From Zygnema circumcarinatum SAG 698-1b (taxonomy: Eukaryota > Plantae > Zygnematophyceae): a stretch of DNA of 64,000 nt. The notes beneath the pieces are model-generated. The model saw nothing but the letters and a program-made list of their open reading frames with translations, was not told the origin of the DNA and made no database searches. Shown in pieces: positions 1-19,728 of the stretch (its first letter is position 1; every line of letters starts with the position of its first letter). The DNA lies in contig CM074819.1 of assembly GCA_037447605.1 (NCBI GenBank), forward strand, positions 1,200,297-1,264,296, read 5' to 3'. The position numbers were made by a program, and so were the translations under genes.

Positions 1-2220
1 TGAGGCTCTATGTGAAATCGATCACATCCGTAAGAAATCAGAAGTGGCACAACTGGATCATGTCAAGCCCGTCCGTACACAAACAACAAATATCGGAAGG
101 AGAATCTATCCACAGGGATGTTCACACTACGTGGACGTTCCAACTGCTTAGAGTGCGTCGTTCTTCACCCAACTGACACGTGGCATAAAATCTAGCGGTC
201 CAGCTGTCATCGCGCCGGCAGTGCTGGCACTACAACCTTGGCACGTGCGGTTGTCAGCCACCGACATAATTCGTACATTACCCATACGGCGCTACACTGT
301 TTGGGCATCCGTACAGTTTACTAGTAATGTACGGCACCTCTCCCGGCCACAAAAATGGGCCCACCCATCCGTACGGTCCCAAAAACACCCAACTGCAAAA
401 ACAGCAGGCCCTGTCCTTACCGCGTTGACCGCCCTGTCGGGCCTCCCTGACCGTCGATGCAAATATTTCGACGGCCAGGATTGAATCCACGTGGCGCCTC
501 GGTGCAGGAAAGTCGGGACGATGTGGCAGTCCTTTTTGCGGCCGGAAGCAAAAAGCGCAGAGCGTGTCGTGACAGGGTAGCAAAAAGAGCCCCCTTGGGG
601 CCGGGCGGGGGTTAGATATTTAACTAGGGGGGGAGGACTTGGAACCGCCGCTGGCTTCCTGCTGCTGCTGCTGCTGCTGCAGGAGGAGGGTGCTTGCTTG
701 CAAGAGGGAGGGGAGGAGAGGGGACCTGCATCTGCAATAGGTTGCATTTGGAAGAGTATTGATACTAGCTGGAACGCGTATTGACGGATTTGAGGGAGAC
801 AGCTGCCCGCTGACAGCTTTCGGTGGAGTTTTGGTGGGAAGTTTGGAGTTAGGCGGAGATAGAGGAGGCTTGGAAGGAAGTAGGGAGGTGTATTTGTGGA
901 GGTTTTTGAGGAGTCTGGATTGGAATTGAAAGGGGAAAAGAGGGGGAAAGAGGGAAGAAAGATTTGAAAGGAAGTTGAGCGAGAGGAAGCAGGAGACGAC
1001 AGGAGTTTGGAGCGATCAGGTTGGCAGAGCTGCAGTATTTCCGTCGTAAAGAGTTCAGCCGCATGCGAGAATGATTGAAAATCTCTTGCGTCAGGTAAGA
1101 TATGTCACTTTCGAAAGGAAAGTGTCGTCTTGTCTTCATTCCTTTGATGGTTTAGGTGAGCTGGTCGATTCTTGAGGAGGGAGTTTTTCTGAGTGACCTT
1201 TAGAGCGTTTAGACAGGGAGCGATACTCTCTTGTTTAGCGTCAGGTCACGTGTTCCAGAGGATAAAGCTCAATGAACGCAGATTTTTTTAAAAAGTTCAG
1301 AATTTCCAATGAAGGAAGAGAGTCAGGTCAGGGTAATCGCAACGTGAGATGCAGGAGGATGCAAGCCCGTCGTCGAGTTAACTATTTCCTCCACTTGCTT
1401 TTATGTTTGCGTTTTACAGAAGTACTTTCTCACTTCTACAGTCTGCAGTGAAGTTTGCTGTAACCTAGAGAGTCTGTAGTCTTTGCTTGTTCAATCTGCT
1501 GCCGGCTTCCACTTGCCACTTTGAGTGCTAGTGATCAGTTTGCACCTGAAGGGCACTAATGTCCGGCTGTATTGCATGCATAGCAGGTTTAGTTTGATTG
1601 CACGCAGTAAGCCAGCAGGTTTCACAGTATAGTCATTACCATACATCTTGCGGTTTCAAACTTATTATTCAGGTCAGCTTCATGCTTTGCGTCTCAAGCT
1701 TATCATCACCAGGCATATATGGGCTTTCTCGCAGAATACCTTTTGTTATAGAAGGGGGTTGCACGCCTTTGTCGGTGTATCAATAGCATTTTTGTAACTG
1801 TTTAGGTTTTCATAGCTTTTCCTTTGGGGAACTTCTCATGATGTCGATGCTGTTCACGCAGTTCAGCACCTTTCTAAACAGTCATTCGTCTGGCTTTTTA
1901 TCAGAAAGTTAAAAATCTTTGGAGCTCTCTGCGGAGATTATCCTTGCGACACGGATCATTGTCACATTCATTCAGACGCAGCACACTAACTTTATGTCAG
2001 CCAACGTTGCTGCCTGCGCACTCCCGGCGACCTTCACGCCCGCCCGACCCAATGTGAAGGTGACATTCTAAACCAAATGTATGCCTTTATGATTGTACAT
2101 TACGTCCTTTCTCGTATTGGCTTTACTTTACAGCAAGTCTCGCCTGCAAGTTTCTGCCAGCATGTTGTTCTGACGTAGAACTCTATTGTCTTGTTATTAA
2201 TTGTTGCTTGAGTACAGGTC

Positions 2221-8498
<6,278 letters not shown>

Positions 8499-10271
8499 AG
8501 CATCGCATGCATAATTGCATGCAAAGAGCATTTGCTTACAGCAGGTTCTCAATTTATCCTTCATTTTCGCTTGTGGGGTTTTTTTCATTTAAGGATAATG
8601 CCCTAATGCTAAAATTGAAAATTAACGCCTGAAATGGCATCCACAGGCCATATGTGTACTCATACCAGCTCTGTGCTTAATTTAACTGTGGAGGGGAGTG
8701 TGAGCTAATGCTACACTACTTTGTGTTGTGGTGACCTGAGCTGTCCCAAACTCACTGGCTTTTGTTGCATTGAACTTTTTTCAGGACAACTTTTTGGGGC
8801 TTAATTCACCATTTGGATTGAACTCACGAAGCCATTCCGCCATCGGTTAATTGAGGTAGAGGATGCCTACTCCTTGGCCACCGTCGGTTGTTGAGAGGGA
8901 GGGAGAGCTGAGGGGGCACAGGCCTGTGGGGTTCGGGGGAAGGGGGAGGGAGGGAGGGAGAGCTGAGAGGGGAGTAAGGTGGGGAGAACACAGAAAAGTG
9001 GGAGATATGAAAGAAAGAATGGAGGAACGAGATAATATAGGAGTGAGAGATGGATACAGAGAGGGGAGGAGTAAAGGGAATGGAGTGGGGAGAGAGGGCG
9101 GGTGAGGGAGGAACACAGCGAGAGATGGGGGAAGTGAAGGAAATGGAAGGATGGGAAGAGAGAGAAAGGACTAACTGGAGAGTTCCATAACTCGTTGATG
9201 GGCAGGTCGGTAAGCAAGCTCAAGAAATTGGCGATCAACCGAGTGATACGCGATGTGTCTTCTTGAAGAACATGCGCTGTACCATAAGTGGCTCTCTCTT
9301 TCCCTCTCTACACACACATACGCACACGAAAGAGTGGAGTTGCTCTACGAGGGTCCGCCAGGAAGATGGTCACATGTCCGTTGCATAACCATGACCATAA
9401 GTGTAACTGTATCATATATAGCTCGCTCGTTCTTAGCACATGTGACCGCCTCTAAGGGCTTTCGGAGCAGGTCCTTTCCCGTGACCCGTTCAGTCGGCAG
9501 GCTGCCCTCACTATTCATTCCCATTGCTAGGGATCTCTGTAGTGCACTTACCACATGCCTTTCGGGGGCTTTGAGAGTTTCCGTGCTTCCACAGTTTCAG
9601 ATTTCAATCAATAGGGCGGGTTTTAACAGCATTATGTTCTTCTCACATCGTAGATGCATTCCATATCATTCTTTCATTCCGTTGTCGGGAGGGGGGCAGT
9701 TTATCATTTATTCTAAGATAGCTCTTTCTTAGAAGTTCTATTTGCTCATTTGGTTATTCTTTGTTATTCATTTGTAAGTTTAGAATCCGAGTTAAAGGCG
9801 TAGAACGGAGGGTTAGTGGCAGGTGATCTCGAGCACATTTACCGTTGCTACGGCTACAGATCCGTTGTATTGTAAGTCACATTAGGGCTTCTATGTGTTT
9901 GAACCGGATTCTGAAGCTGACACAGGAACTATCTTTTTTTTCTGCACCCTAAACCCCTGATGTCTAGCCTCGATCTGTTTTTTATGTATGTTATTATAGG
10001 CAAAAATCTTCTGCCTTGGACCTGTACCATTCCCATTGGCAAAGTTTCCGTTTCCTTGGAGATGAAAACGTGCGCATTCTTCGCAAAGCATGAAGACATT
10101 CTGTGTTGAACGTGAGGCAACGGCACAAAAAAGCGCAGTAAAGAAAAACCTTTCGATGTAATTTTCTGCTTAAATTTGAACTTTCAGTGGTAACATAGAA
10201 AGTAAATCCTGCGCACGGCCATGTTGTGCTTGTGCTTGCCGCAGCAAACACTAATTTTCTGAAGCCTCATA

Positions 10272-10458
10272 GGGTGCGTGTTCATGGTCCAACTTCCAAC
10301 TTTCACTTACGCTCTCTCACTGGCACCAGTGGCGCCCCTCTAGATTTCAGCCGGATCCAACCTACTCGCACATTTCGAATGTTGGAAAACTTTCTGCTTC
10401 AATTTCCAACTCCGGAGCTTCAACCAGCAGGAGGAAGTTGGGCCTTGAAGACGCACCC
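10272..10458. mobile_element. Tourist/Harbinger-like MITE (~187 bp)
   Basis: Terminal inverted repeats GGGTGCGTGTTCATGGTCCAACTTCC and GGAAGTTGGGCCTTGAAGACGCACCC match at 23/26. Flanks are ATA/TTA, and there is no coding capacity. Confidence 0.65.
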
Positions 10459-11181
10459 TTATAATTTGATCAAACCCCAACCCCTGTATTCGTAATAGCT
10501 CCTCGTATATTCATTTCAAAAAATGTTCTCTCTAGTTTAACGTTTGAGGTTTCAGACGATAAATATCCACACAATGCAAAATAAGCAGAATAAGCAAACG
10601 CCTTCCCGTAAAATAGGTACCAACAGCGGAACTTGAAACGCTTCATTGAAACATATTCCATATATTGTTTTTCAAGTTAGAAACCCCCCAGTTTTCAGAA
10701 TGGAGGAATCGGCAGTTAACATTTAGAAACTCTTGACTTCTTGTTGGGATAGAAATATAAAAGAACTCAGTTTTTTTAATCGGATTTATTTGAGCTGTGT
10801 CGAGGATCGAACAGCAGCATCTTGGAGCCAGGTAAGCCAACTTTCCATGGCTCAGTTTCCCATTCTGCGCAACTAGTACTGACAGCCGTGATGATAAAGG
10901 ACAAGAAGGCGACAAGGCGGCAAGGATATAAACAAGCCTCTTCCTTGTGCATTTTGCGATGGGTTTTGGTGATCCCTCTTGATGCCAAGCAGCTCCTCCG
11001 GGGCACAAAGAATGAACACGAATATAACATGATCATAAACAGCTATACAGCGAAGGCGATGAGATCGGAACACAAAATGCCAAAGACTTACGCTCAATTT
11101 TCATTAACATTTTGAGCCACGGGAAAAGAGACAGGGGGAGAAAGAGAGAGAGACTACCGCCACTAGTGCTGCTGCACCCTT

Positions 11182-13547
11182 CTACTTCTTTGCCAGCTTC
11201 TTCCCCTTGCTCTTGCTGCCGGCCTTCGCCACGCGCAGACTCTTGTGGATCGCACTCAGCCGCGCAAGCGCCGCCTTCTTCAGATCCGGCCTGTACTGGT
11301 TGGTTACCACCTGCAAAAGATCCCACGAATGGGCATCTCATATTAGAAAACACATAAATAGGAGAACCCCGGTAGAGTCAATTCTCCCTCGCTCTCTCTC
11401 ACACACACGCATACACCCTTCCCCTCCACCTCCTCCCCTCCCCCCCCTACTCCTCCACCCCTCCCTCTTTCTCTCCCTCTCTCGCCCCCTCTCTCTTCCC
11501 TCCCCCCCCCCCCTCCCCCCCTACGTTTCTCCCTTTCGTGAATGTTCAACTCCTGAATTCACTCATGGACGTAGGAAGTATCATATTCATCACATTACTC
11601 TGAAAAAGAACGAACTTCGCTAGACGAGTTTCCTTAAGTGCTCTTTCTCTGAGGCTTAAAATATTTCACAAGGGGAGGAAACAGGCAAGCAGAGAAACAG
11701 AAAAGGAAAGGGAGAGGAGAGACTATGGGATGAAGCGGTTAACCCTACACTTGGTTAGTGCCCCTAAAACCCATGGAGATAAAAATACCCCGAAACCCAG
11801 AGTACCACCTCAATCCACATGTCGCTTACACACCGAAACATCTCAAGCCCCTAGATTCATAAGAACCTCTAACTCATTACAAAACACCAAAGGCTCTGAA
11901 CCCCAAACCTAACTGAGTTACAGTCGTTACCTTTCAACAACAAAACGGATCCCTAACTTTATATATCCTATTGTCTTTTAGGACAAAGCATTACTGTAAT
12001 CCCCTCCCCTACCGACACTTATACACATACCTGATTGATGATAGTTTTTGCCATTTTGCGCACATCCTTCTTCAACAGAGAGCGCTGTACGGCGCTGCTG
12101 GGCAGGAGTCCTTTCTTCACCTTCTTGGTGGTCAGCACAACGGCTTCACCGTCTGCCTCCAACCCAACAGCCTTCGAGTTTGCAAGGCCTGCATGGAACA
12201 CCCAGCTACCTCCCGCTTCAGTTACGACTTCAGTTGCGAACAACGCGTCTATATGTAAATTCAGTTTTGGAACAAGTCGACACTTCATTCTCCTCTCTTG
12301 ACCTTTCCAAAACGCAAAAGATTGAAATTGCAGTGTGCCTATATGCAGTGAGACTTCAGTTCCACTTCTAAGCTTTGAAAGTTGCATACTTTTTTTTATC
12401 GTACATGAAGCCGTATATAAGTTCCATTTTAAAAAAACTGGTGAAAATATGGTACTTAAAAGTTGTTTTTGAAACCCTAAGTTCTTCAAAAATGTATAGA
12501 ACACAAACCACGGAACTGCCTTTTTCTGCACATAGAAAAGGAGTGAAAACCTAGCTGTTTTCTATAATGATTCAAGAATGCATTCCTGAATTCGAAAATG
12601 CTCAATGAGCTCCTTAAAGGAGCAAAAACCATACGAGCCCATTTCCTGTACTTGGAACTCTCCCTCCCCTACCCACTTCAAGGTTTAAACCAAGAACCCC
12701 AAAACCCAAAGGATGACCCCTTTCCTTCTTAATAAAGGAAAACAAGAACACACGAAACAACAGCACTACCGACTTTACATTCTCCAGAGGTCTAACCACG
12801 TGCATCCCTATCGAGTAGGCGGGGAAAAATGAGTAAGAGAGCTTTCAGTGAATCACTATCCTTAAGAAACGCCATACTATTTTTTGAACTCATTCTATGC
12901 ATGGGTGGCTGCGCCAATAGTCTAAAAAACAGAACTAACTGTTCCAAAAATGCATAGGCCAACCGTCAAAGGGTTCGAGATACGCCACGCCACGCCACGC
13001 CACGCCCCCTTTTCACGAGGGATTTTAATTTCTCTTTCTTTCACAGGTTTTCCACCAGCTTGCATGTACATAATTACAATAAATATAGGCACTTCTACTT
13101 GCGCGATAGATGACCCTTGCTAACCAGCACAAAAGACTACAAAACCTTCCAGAATTTTGAGACTTTCTGGATAGAACAGAAAGGAAAAGTTAGGGTTTCT
13201 GAACAACACATACACGTTCATTTCCCCGCAATATTCTTTCTTCGCTTCCTCGCACTGATTCTGTAAGCCCCAATGCGCTCGACAATACGACCCTGGACCC
13301 TAAGACCCTGAACTTTCACTTTCCGCGCTGAACCCTAACACCCAGAACCCTATACTCCTTAATTCTAGCCGTGGATCCAAAGCGGAGGAGCAGACCGACC
13401 TGAGAACTTGAAGGCGTTTTTGTTGGTGAGGTTGAAGGGCTCGCAGGTGAAAGAAACGGCGGAGGTGGTCCTGCCGCCCTGCTTGTGCAGGAACTTGCTG
13501 TTGTTCCGCACGAGCAGCCACAGCAGGTCCGAGGACACGCCCGCCAT
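11182..13547 (-). CDS. RPL28: 60S ribosomal protein L28e
   Basis: Exons 13400-13547 ([20 protein letters not shown]...FKFSG), 12031-12188 ([22 protein letters not shown]...KMAKTIINQ) and 11182-11310 ([29 protein letters not shown]...). Splice phases are consistent and GT-AG. Confidence 0.95.
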
Positions 13548-14523
13548 TCTGCACCCATGAATGCATGCATGCATGCACCATCAGCAACACATCTCCCTCT
13601 CTCTCTCTCCCTCTCTCTCAGTCTCTCTCTCTCCCGTTCTTGCTTCCTTCCCAAGGCCCTAGTCCGTTGCCCCAGTCCCTCTCCCTCCCCTTCCTCCCCC
13701 TCTCCCTCTCCCTTTCCCTCAGCTCTCTCTCTCCCTCTCTCCCCGGCTCTACCTCTCGACCTCACAACCCTAAATTTGCAGGTGGCAGGGATCAGACCTG
13801 CTCGCCGAGGCCTCCGCAGCGATGGGTCGAAGGCGGAGAGAGAGAGCGACCTTCGGCGCTCACCGGCTGATATATGCCGAGCTTTAGGGTTTGCGGAGCG
13901 AATCGTGGCCGTCCGATGTACGCGGGCCAATCTCAACCGTGATATCGCGGTCCAAAATCGAATGCCTATGGATTCGAAAGTCATGGGACCCATGGCCATG
14001 GTTGCATGCCTACGTGGCATATATGAGTCACGTGATTGTTCCACGTGTCTCAAAACAGTAACTGGAGCAAGGTTTCATGTTCCATGGAGACGCCGTTAAC
14101 TGTACGAGTATGTGTACGGCATGACAGCAAAACGGGTGCCTCGCATGTGTGTCCCTGAACCCTGCGTCGACGTCGAAAGCGACCGCCGATCGCATGCACG
14201 GCCATGCAGAGCGGCAGACAGCCGCCGACCGCGACAGGGCCTGCACAGGCCTCCGTGCCGCGCCCTCCTCCGTAGGGGTCACTATCTTCCTATTTCTGAA
14301 ATCAGAGAGTCGCTTGCTATCTTTTCCTCTCTCTATTCTCGGCTAGAGTACTTAGGATCCTTAAGCTGCAGAGCTTATTGTGTAAGTTAAGGGCCATTTA
14401 GGGTGGGCATGGATTTACTTTCGTCTTAGTGCTGCGGTTTCCGGTGGGAGATAGCTCCCAAGAATTTGAGTCAGAGGAGTTGTATTAATTTTTAGGTATT
14501 TAATTTCCGTGGTGCTTGTGGAG

Positions 14524-17500
14524 ATGGCACGTGTGGAAAGGAGTAACGGAGGTCGGTCGTATCGATCTGAGAACGGTGGGAATAGGAGGGAAGGAAGTGC
14601 AGCGAGGCCTGATGTTGAAAGTGGGCTGCAAGCTGAATCGCAAGTAACTCGTGTACAGGAAAAACTTGGAAAGGCTGCTCAAGTCGTAATCGCAGTACGC
14701 TTGAATTCCTTCATTGCTCCGCATGTTTTTGAGCTCCGCTGCATGTCTGGACTGATGTGAATAATGATGTGCTAATTTTCTTCATCGTTTAGTACTTCTC
14801 TATTTCTCTCCCTCCATAGTGTACCATTCCCTCTCCTTCAGCGTGATTGATTTCTAGTTTGGGGAGGAAGAGAAGTTCGAATAGGATCAAATTTCAGAAC
14901 TTGAGTTTAAATAACTCCGCGGTTTTTAATTTCCTGTGCAGATAGTCTTCTTTCTTCGCAGTGACCTGATTCTGACTGTGTTAGTTGTGCAGTTTGAGGA
15001 TGTCACATATTCGGTGACTCTGCCTTCAGGAAAGGACAAACCTATCCTCAAAAATGTGACCGGTGTTGTACATCCCGGCGAAATGCTCGCACTTATGGGC
15101 CCCAGGTCGGTCGGCCATCCCTTTCTGCAATGTTTTTTTTAAATGAGGGTGATTTTGCCCATAAGAGTTTCAATGCGTTGATGCTTTTAGTGAAATCATT
15201 CAGTTTTTCCTCTTTTGAATCTATTTAAACTTAGTGAAAGCAACTGTGTGCTAAGCCCTTAGAGGTAACAAACATTCATATTCTAGTCTTTATCTTCGTA
15301 TGTTTAAGTTACTTTATGTTGTTCTCATTAGCAGTTTTTTTGTGGTGTGATGTTATTTTTCAGTGGGAGTGGTAAGACCACAGTTCTCAATTTCCTCGCG
15401 GGACGAATGCGTCCCGGAGTGACCGGCCGAATTCTTTACAACGGAGCTCCATTCACAAAACCTTTGAAGAGAAAATTCGGATTCGTTACTCAGGACGACA
15501 TTGTTCTCGCGACTTTGACCGTCCGCGAAACCCTAATCTGCTCTGCGCTTCTCCGGCTCCCAAAAACTTTATCTCGGACCGAAAAAATGCAGCGCGCCGA
15601 CGAAGTAATTGCAGAATTGGGCCTCGAGCGGTGCAAGGATACCATAATAGGGGGGGCATTTAAAAGGGGAATCTCGGGAGGGGAGAGAAAGAGAGTCTGC
15701 ATTGGACAGGAGATGTTAACCAACCCCTCCATTCTTTTTCTGGACGAACCCACTTCTGGTTTGGATTCCACTACTGCTCTCAAAATGGTTGGTCTTTTAC
15801 GGAGTTTGGCGAAAAGCGGAAAATGTGTGATTAGTACCATTCATCAGCCTTCTTCTCCGGCCTTCGCGATGTTTGATAAGCTGCTGCTTCTATGCGAAGG
15901 CTCTCCCCTTTACTTTGGAAAAGCAGATGGGGCTATGCAGTACTTTGCAGAGATTGGATATCAGCCAAAATTCGCGACAAATCCCGCTGACTTCTTGCTC
16001 GATCTTGCCACAGGTGACATCATTTTGAAGCTCTTGCTCCACAAGTTTGCAGTTTTTTAGGTTTTTGAATGATGCATGATGAGTTAGCGATTGAAATCGC
16101 ATGGTTTTGCAGGTGTTACTTATGAAAGCCTACCGAGTGTGGACTCTCCCGGAACCGGCTTCAGGAGTCCACCGGATGAGAATGCGAAAGAGGGGAACAC
16201 AAAGCTGCAGGAGTTGAAGGAAACTCTTAAAGAAGAGTACAGGAAGAACTGGGCGGCTAAAGGAGTAAACATCTCCTCTGAAGTTGCCACCAATGCTGGT
16301 GCAGGTGCGTTTCTCCACTTTATCCAAATTACAACTAGCAAAAGTAACTAACTAAAAAAGTTTCGAATGTGAAAAAACATGAGGTTATGTTGCAAGGATA
16401 CCTTTAAAGCCTTACAGTTTGAAGCCCCTCTGTGAGGCATCAAATTCATTCAAAATTCATTCGTCTGCTTTCCCCCTCTCACCCTCAATGTTGAGTACGC
16501 AACTTCCCCCAAGTCAGCCCTACCTCAAACACACCCTAAACTAAACCCATCCATCATTCAATAACACCAATTGAACAAACCCAACAAACAACCTCCTCAC
16601 CAATGCTGACCGGCGCCGCCGGCGGCATTTCTGCATGCATTTCTGCATGCATGCAGGCGGCAGCGCGTGGAAGAAGGAGTGGCCCACCTCGTGGTTTGAG
16701 CAGTTCCGCGTGCTCCTCATGCGGGGGGTCAAGTCCCGGCGAGGGGAGGCCCTCGAGCTGCACCGCGCGGCGCAGGTCGCGGTGGTCTCGCTCGTCTGCG
16801 GACTGCTCTGGTGGCGGCTCCAAGTCACCACCGCGCGGACCGTGCAGGACAAGGTCGGAAAACTGGATGGGAACTGGGTGGGAACTGGGTCGGAACTGGG
16901 TCGGAACTGAATGGGAACTGGGTCGGATCCGAAAGGGAACTGGGTCGGAATTGGGTGGGAACTAGGTGGGAACTGGGTCGGATCTGGGTCGGAACTGGTT
17001 GGGAACTGGGTCGGAATAACTGGGTCGAAACTGGGTGGGAACTGGGTCGGAATTCGGTGGGAATTGGGTCGGAACTGAGACGAAGCTGGATCGGAATTGG
17101 GTCGGAACTGACAGAGAAAAAGGCAGAGGTATAGATAGAAGTTGATGGTGAAGTGTAGCTGTTTGAAAGATAGAGCTAGGTTGGTGTTTTTGGACGGAGA
17201 GAAGTGGATTCGAATCCAAGAAGATTGGGTTTTGCTAACAACTCTGAAAGTCTATGTTTGAGTATATGATTTCTGGCTTTGAGTCTACTTTTAGGATCGT
17301 TTCTCATGTTGAAAATCTGCTTTTAATTTGGGGATCTAGATGCGATTGGAGTTATTGGAGAACTATTGGTTTCGCTGCTTCTTGGCGTTTTGAGGTTCAA
17401 CAGTTAAAAGGGAAAGGAAACTACTCACATAGGGAATATCTGTTTGTCTGTTTGTTTGCAGACGGGACTTCTATTCTTCAGTACGAACTTTTGGGGTTTT

Positions 17501-18819
17501 TTTCCGATCATTGGTTCGGTGGTTACCTTCCCCAACGAGCGGCTCATTCTCGCTAAGGAAAGAGCTGCAGGAATGTACCGACTCTCTGCTTACTTCATGG
17601 CGAGGATTGTCTCTGACCTCCCCGTTGTGCTTGCGCTGCCCTCCCTCTCCATGGGCGCCGTTGTGTACTGGATGACGGGACTGAAAGCAACCTTTACCGC
17701 ATATATCCTCACAGTTCTCAGCATTCTGCTTAACGTTTTGGTGGCGCAAGGTATGAATCAACTTCTTGGCAGACTGGGGAGGAGTTCAAAGGAGTTCAAA
17801 GGAGGTTAAATTTCTAAACAAACAGTTTACAGATTCACCACTCTTCTCTCCCTCCGCCACAAATCATCTCTCTTCATGCCGCCATGTTGGGATCACTCTC
17901 TATTTGACAGCTTTTTCGGCCACGTGGCAGGCCTAGGGTTGGCTGTAGGAGCAGCCCTCATGGATGCAAAGTCGGCAACAACTCTCTCCGCCGTCATCAT
18001 GCTCACTTTCCTCATCGCGGGAGGTTTCTTCGTGCAGGTCGGCAGGACAATTCCGGCCGAGGGTTTAGGGTTAGGGTTTCAAAGGGGATGATATAATGAT
18101 AGTGGGGTCAAGACAACTACATGGGAAAGGGTTTCGGGGAGGGGCAATGCACATTTTGGAGCTGATAACATACCTCACTCGTTGGCTATCGATGGGAAAC
18201 GGAATGGTTTTCGCTCCCTCTCCCTCCCTGCCCACTCTCCCACTTGTCTCTCCATTCTCTCTCTTTAAATCCTTCTTCCCCTTCCGGCCCTCACACAAAC
18301 CTCCTTCTCCCACCCCCGGCTCTCCTTATCCTCTCTACTTCCTTTCCCCTCTCACGCCCCTCTTTCCCTCTTTCCCCCTCCCTTTCCTTACCCACCCCAC
18401 TCCCCCATCCAAACCTTATTTCCCTTCCCCCCCTCTCCCCCAACTCCCTCGCTCGCTCTCTTCCCCCTTCCTGACACACCCGTACCCTGCTTTCTCTCTC
18501 TCTTCTCACTCTCTCTCTCCCTCTCTCTCTCTCTCTCCCGCAGGCCATGCCCATGTTCATCGGGTGGATCAAGTACGTGAGCTTCTCGTACTACGTCTTC
18601 CGCCTCCTCGTCAAGGTCCAATTCTCGCCCTCCGACACGTACCAATGCGGCACCGCCGACTCCCCTCTCGCCACGTGTCCCGTGGAGCAGAGCGAGGCCC
18701 TGAGCTCCCTCTCCTTGGGGGGGGGCGGCCTCGAGGCGGGCGCGCTGCTCTTCATGTTCTTCTTCTACCGCCTCCTCGCCTACGCCTTCCTCCGCATTCG
18801 GGTTAAGCCGCTCCGCTAA
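14524..18819 (+). CDS. ABCG: Half-size ABCG (WBC) transporter, NBD-TMD topology
   Basis: Walker A GPSGSGKTT, signature ISGGERKRV, Walker [15 protein letters not shown]-loop STIHQP and [23 protein letters not shown]. Exons are 14524-14694, 14993-15105, 15364-16013, 16113-16304, 16657-16853, 17462-17750, 17931-18037 and 18544-18819. Confidence 0.95.
16860..17110. repeat. Intronic minisatellite of degenerate GGAACTGGGT(C/G) units
   Basis: About 20 tandem 10-11 bp units in an ABCG intron. Confidence 0.85.
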
Positions 18820-19728
18820 CAAAAGATAAAGATAAAGATGGGGGGAAGGCAATTGGCAGTAGTAAAGATAAAGATGGGGAGGGCGGGGGGCTGTCACGTC
18901 ACGCAATTGGCAGAGCTCGGTGTATTATGGGTACAGCCTTTGGTTGCTTTGGGGACCTTCGAGGTTGCTTCGAGGGAGGGTTTCAAGCGTTGTTGAGCCT
19001 AGGCGTAGCTTTAAAAAAAAAAATAGTTTTTTCTTTTGTGCTTAGGTGTTTTGTGACCAGTTCTTCGTGGTTCCTTCCCCATGTTGCTTTTGTCCATGTA
19101 CATTTGATGGCATCATCGCCATCGTGAGATCCATGGCACTTCCATTCCCCTTTATTTTCATAGTAGAGAAAAAAGTTTGACAATTTCTTTGCTTTCTAGT
19201 TTGTACACATTGGGAAGAGAATATTGATATGCGCCTTCAAATTTTAGTGCGTTGAAAGGCATATTAATGATAGGGATTATTATGAGGGGAAATAGAGGGA
19301 AGACCTTTTCGCGTTCTCCTTGTATAACAATATTTAGATATAAGGATACATTTGTTTGGGCGTTTCTTGCGCTTATGACAGAGCAGTCTACAATCTATTG
19401 TAAAAAATTGTGAATGAAACTAACGCTTGTCAACTCGCATACCAGGGTTTTAGGGTTTTAGAGTTTTTTGGGTTTTTAGGGTTTGACTCGCATACCAATG
19501 ACCATCATATGATAGTGCGTGTGAGTGTCCACTTCCTCATGCATTGAATATAGACACATACAAGCATCAATGCAGAGAGGTAAGACCCAAGTACTTTCCA
19601 ACATAGAACACCGTTTCTTTGAACTAAAATATTTGCAAGAAAACTCAAAATGAAATTCCGATGGAAATTCAACATTTGTTTGCCAAAGTTAAAGATTCAC
19701 GCAAAACGTATAAACCCTAAATGAAAAT

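Noticed and set aside
9340-9470. Possible pre-miRNA hairpin (GGTCACATGT / ACATGTGACC)
   Set aside because: Only ~10 bp pair well and the remaining arm pairing is poor.
11540-11595. Candidate C/D snoRNA in an RPL28 intron (minus strand GTGATGA...TTGA with AATGT/ACATT stem)
   Set aside because: It is only ~50 nt, has a non-canonical D box, and I could not match a guide to rRNA or snRNA. A snoscan/Infernal run would settle it.
16860-17110. CRISPR-like array
   Set aside because: These are contiguous degenerate units with no unique spacers, in a eukaryotic intron with no cas genes.
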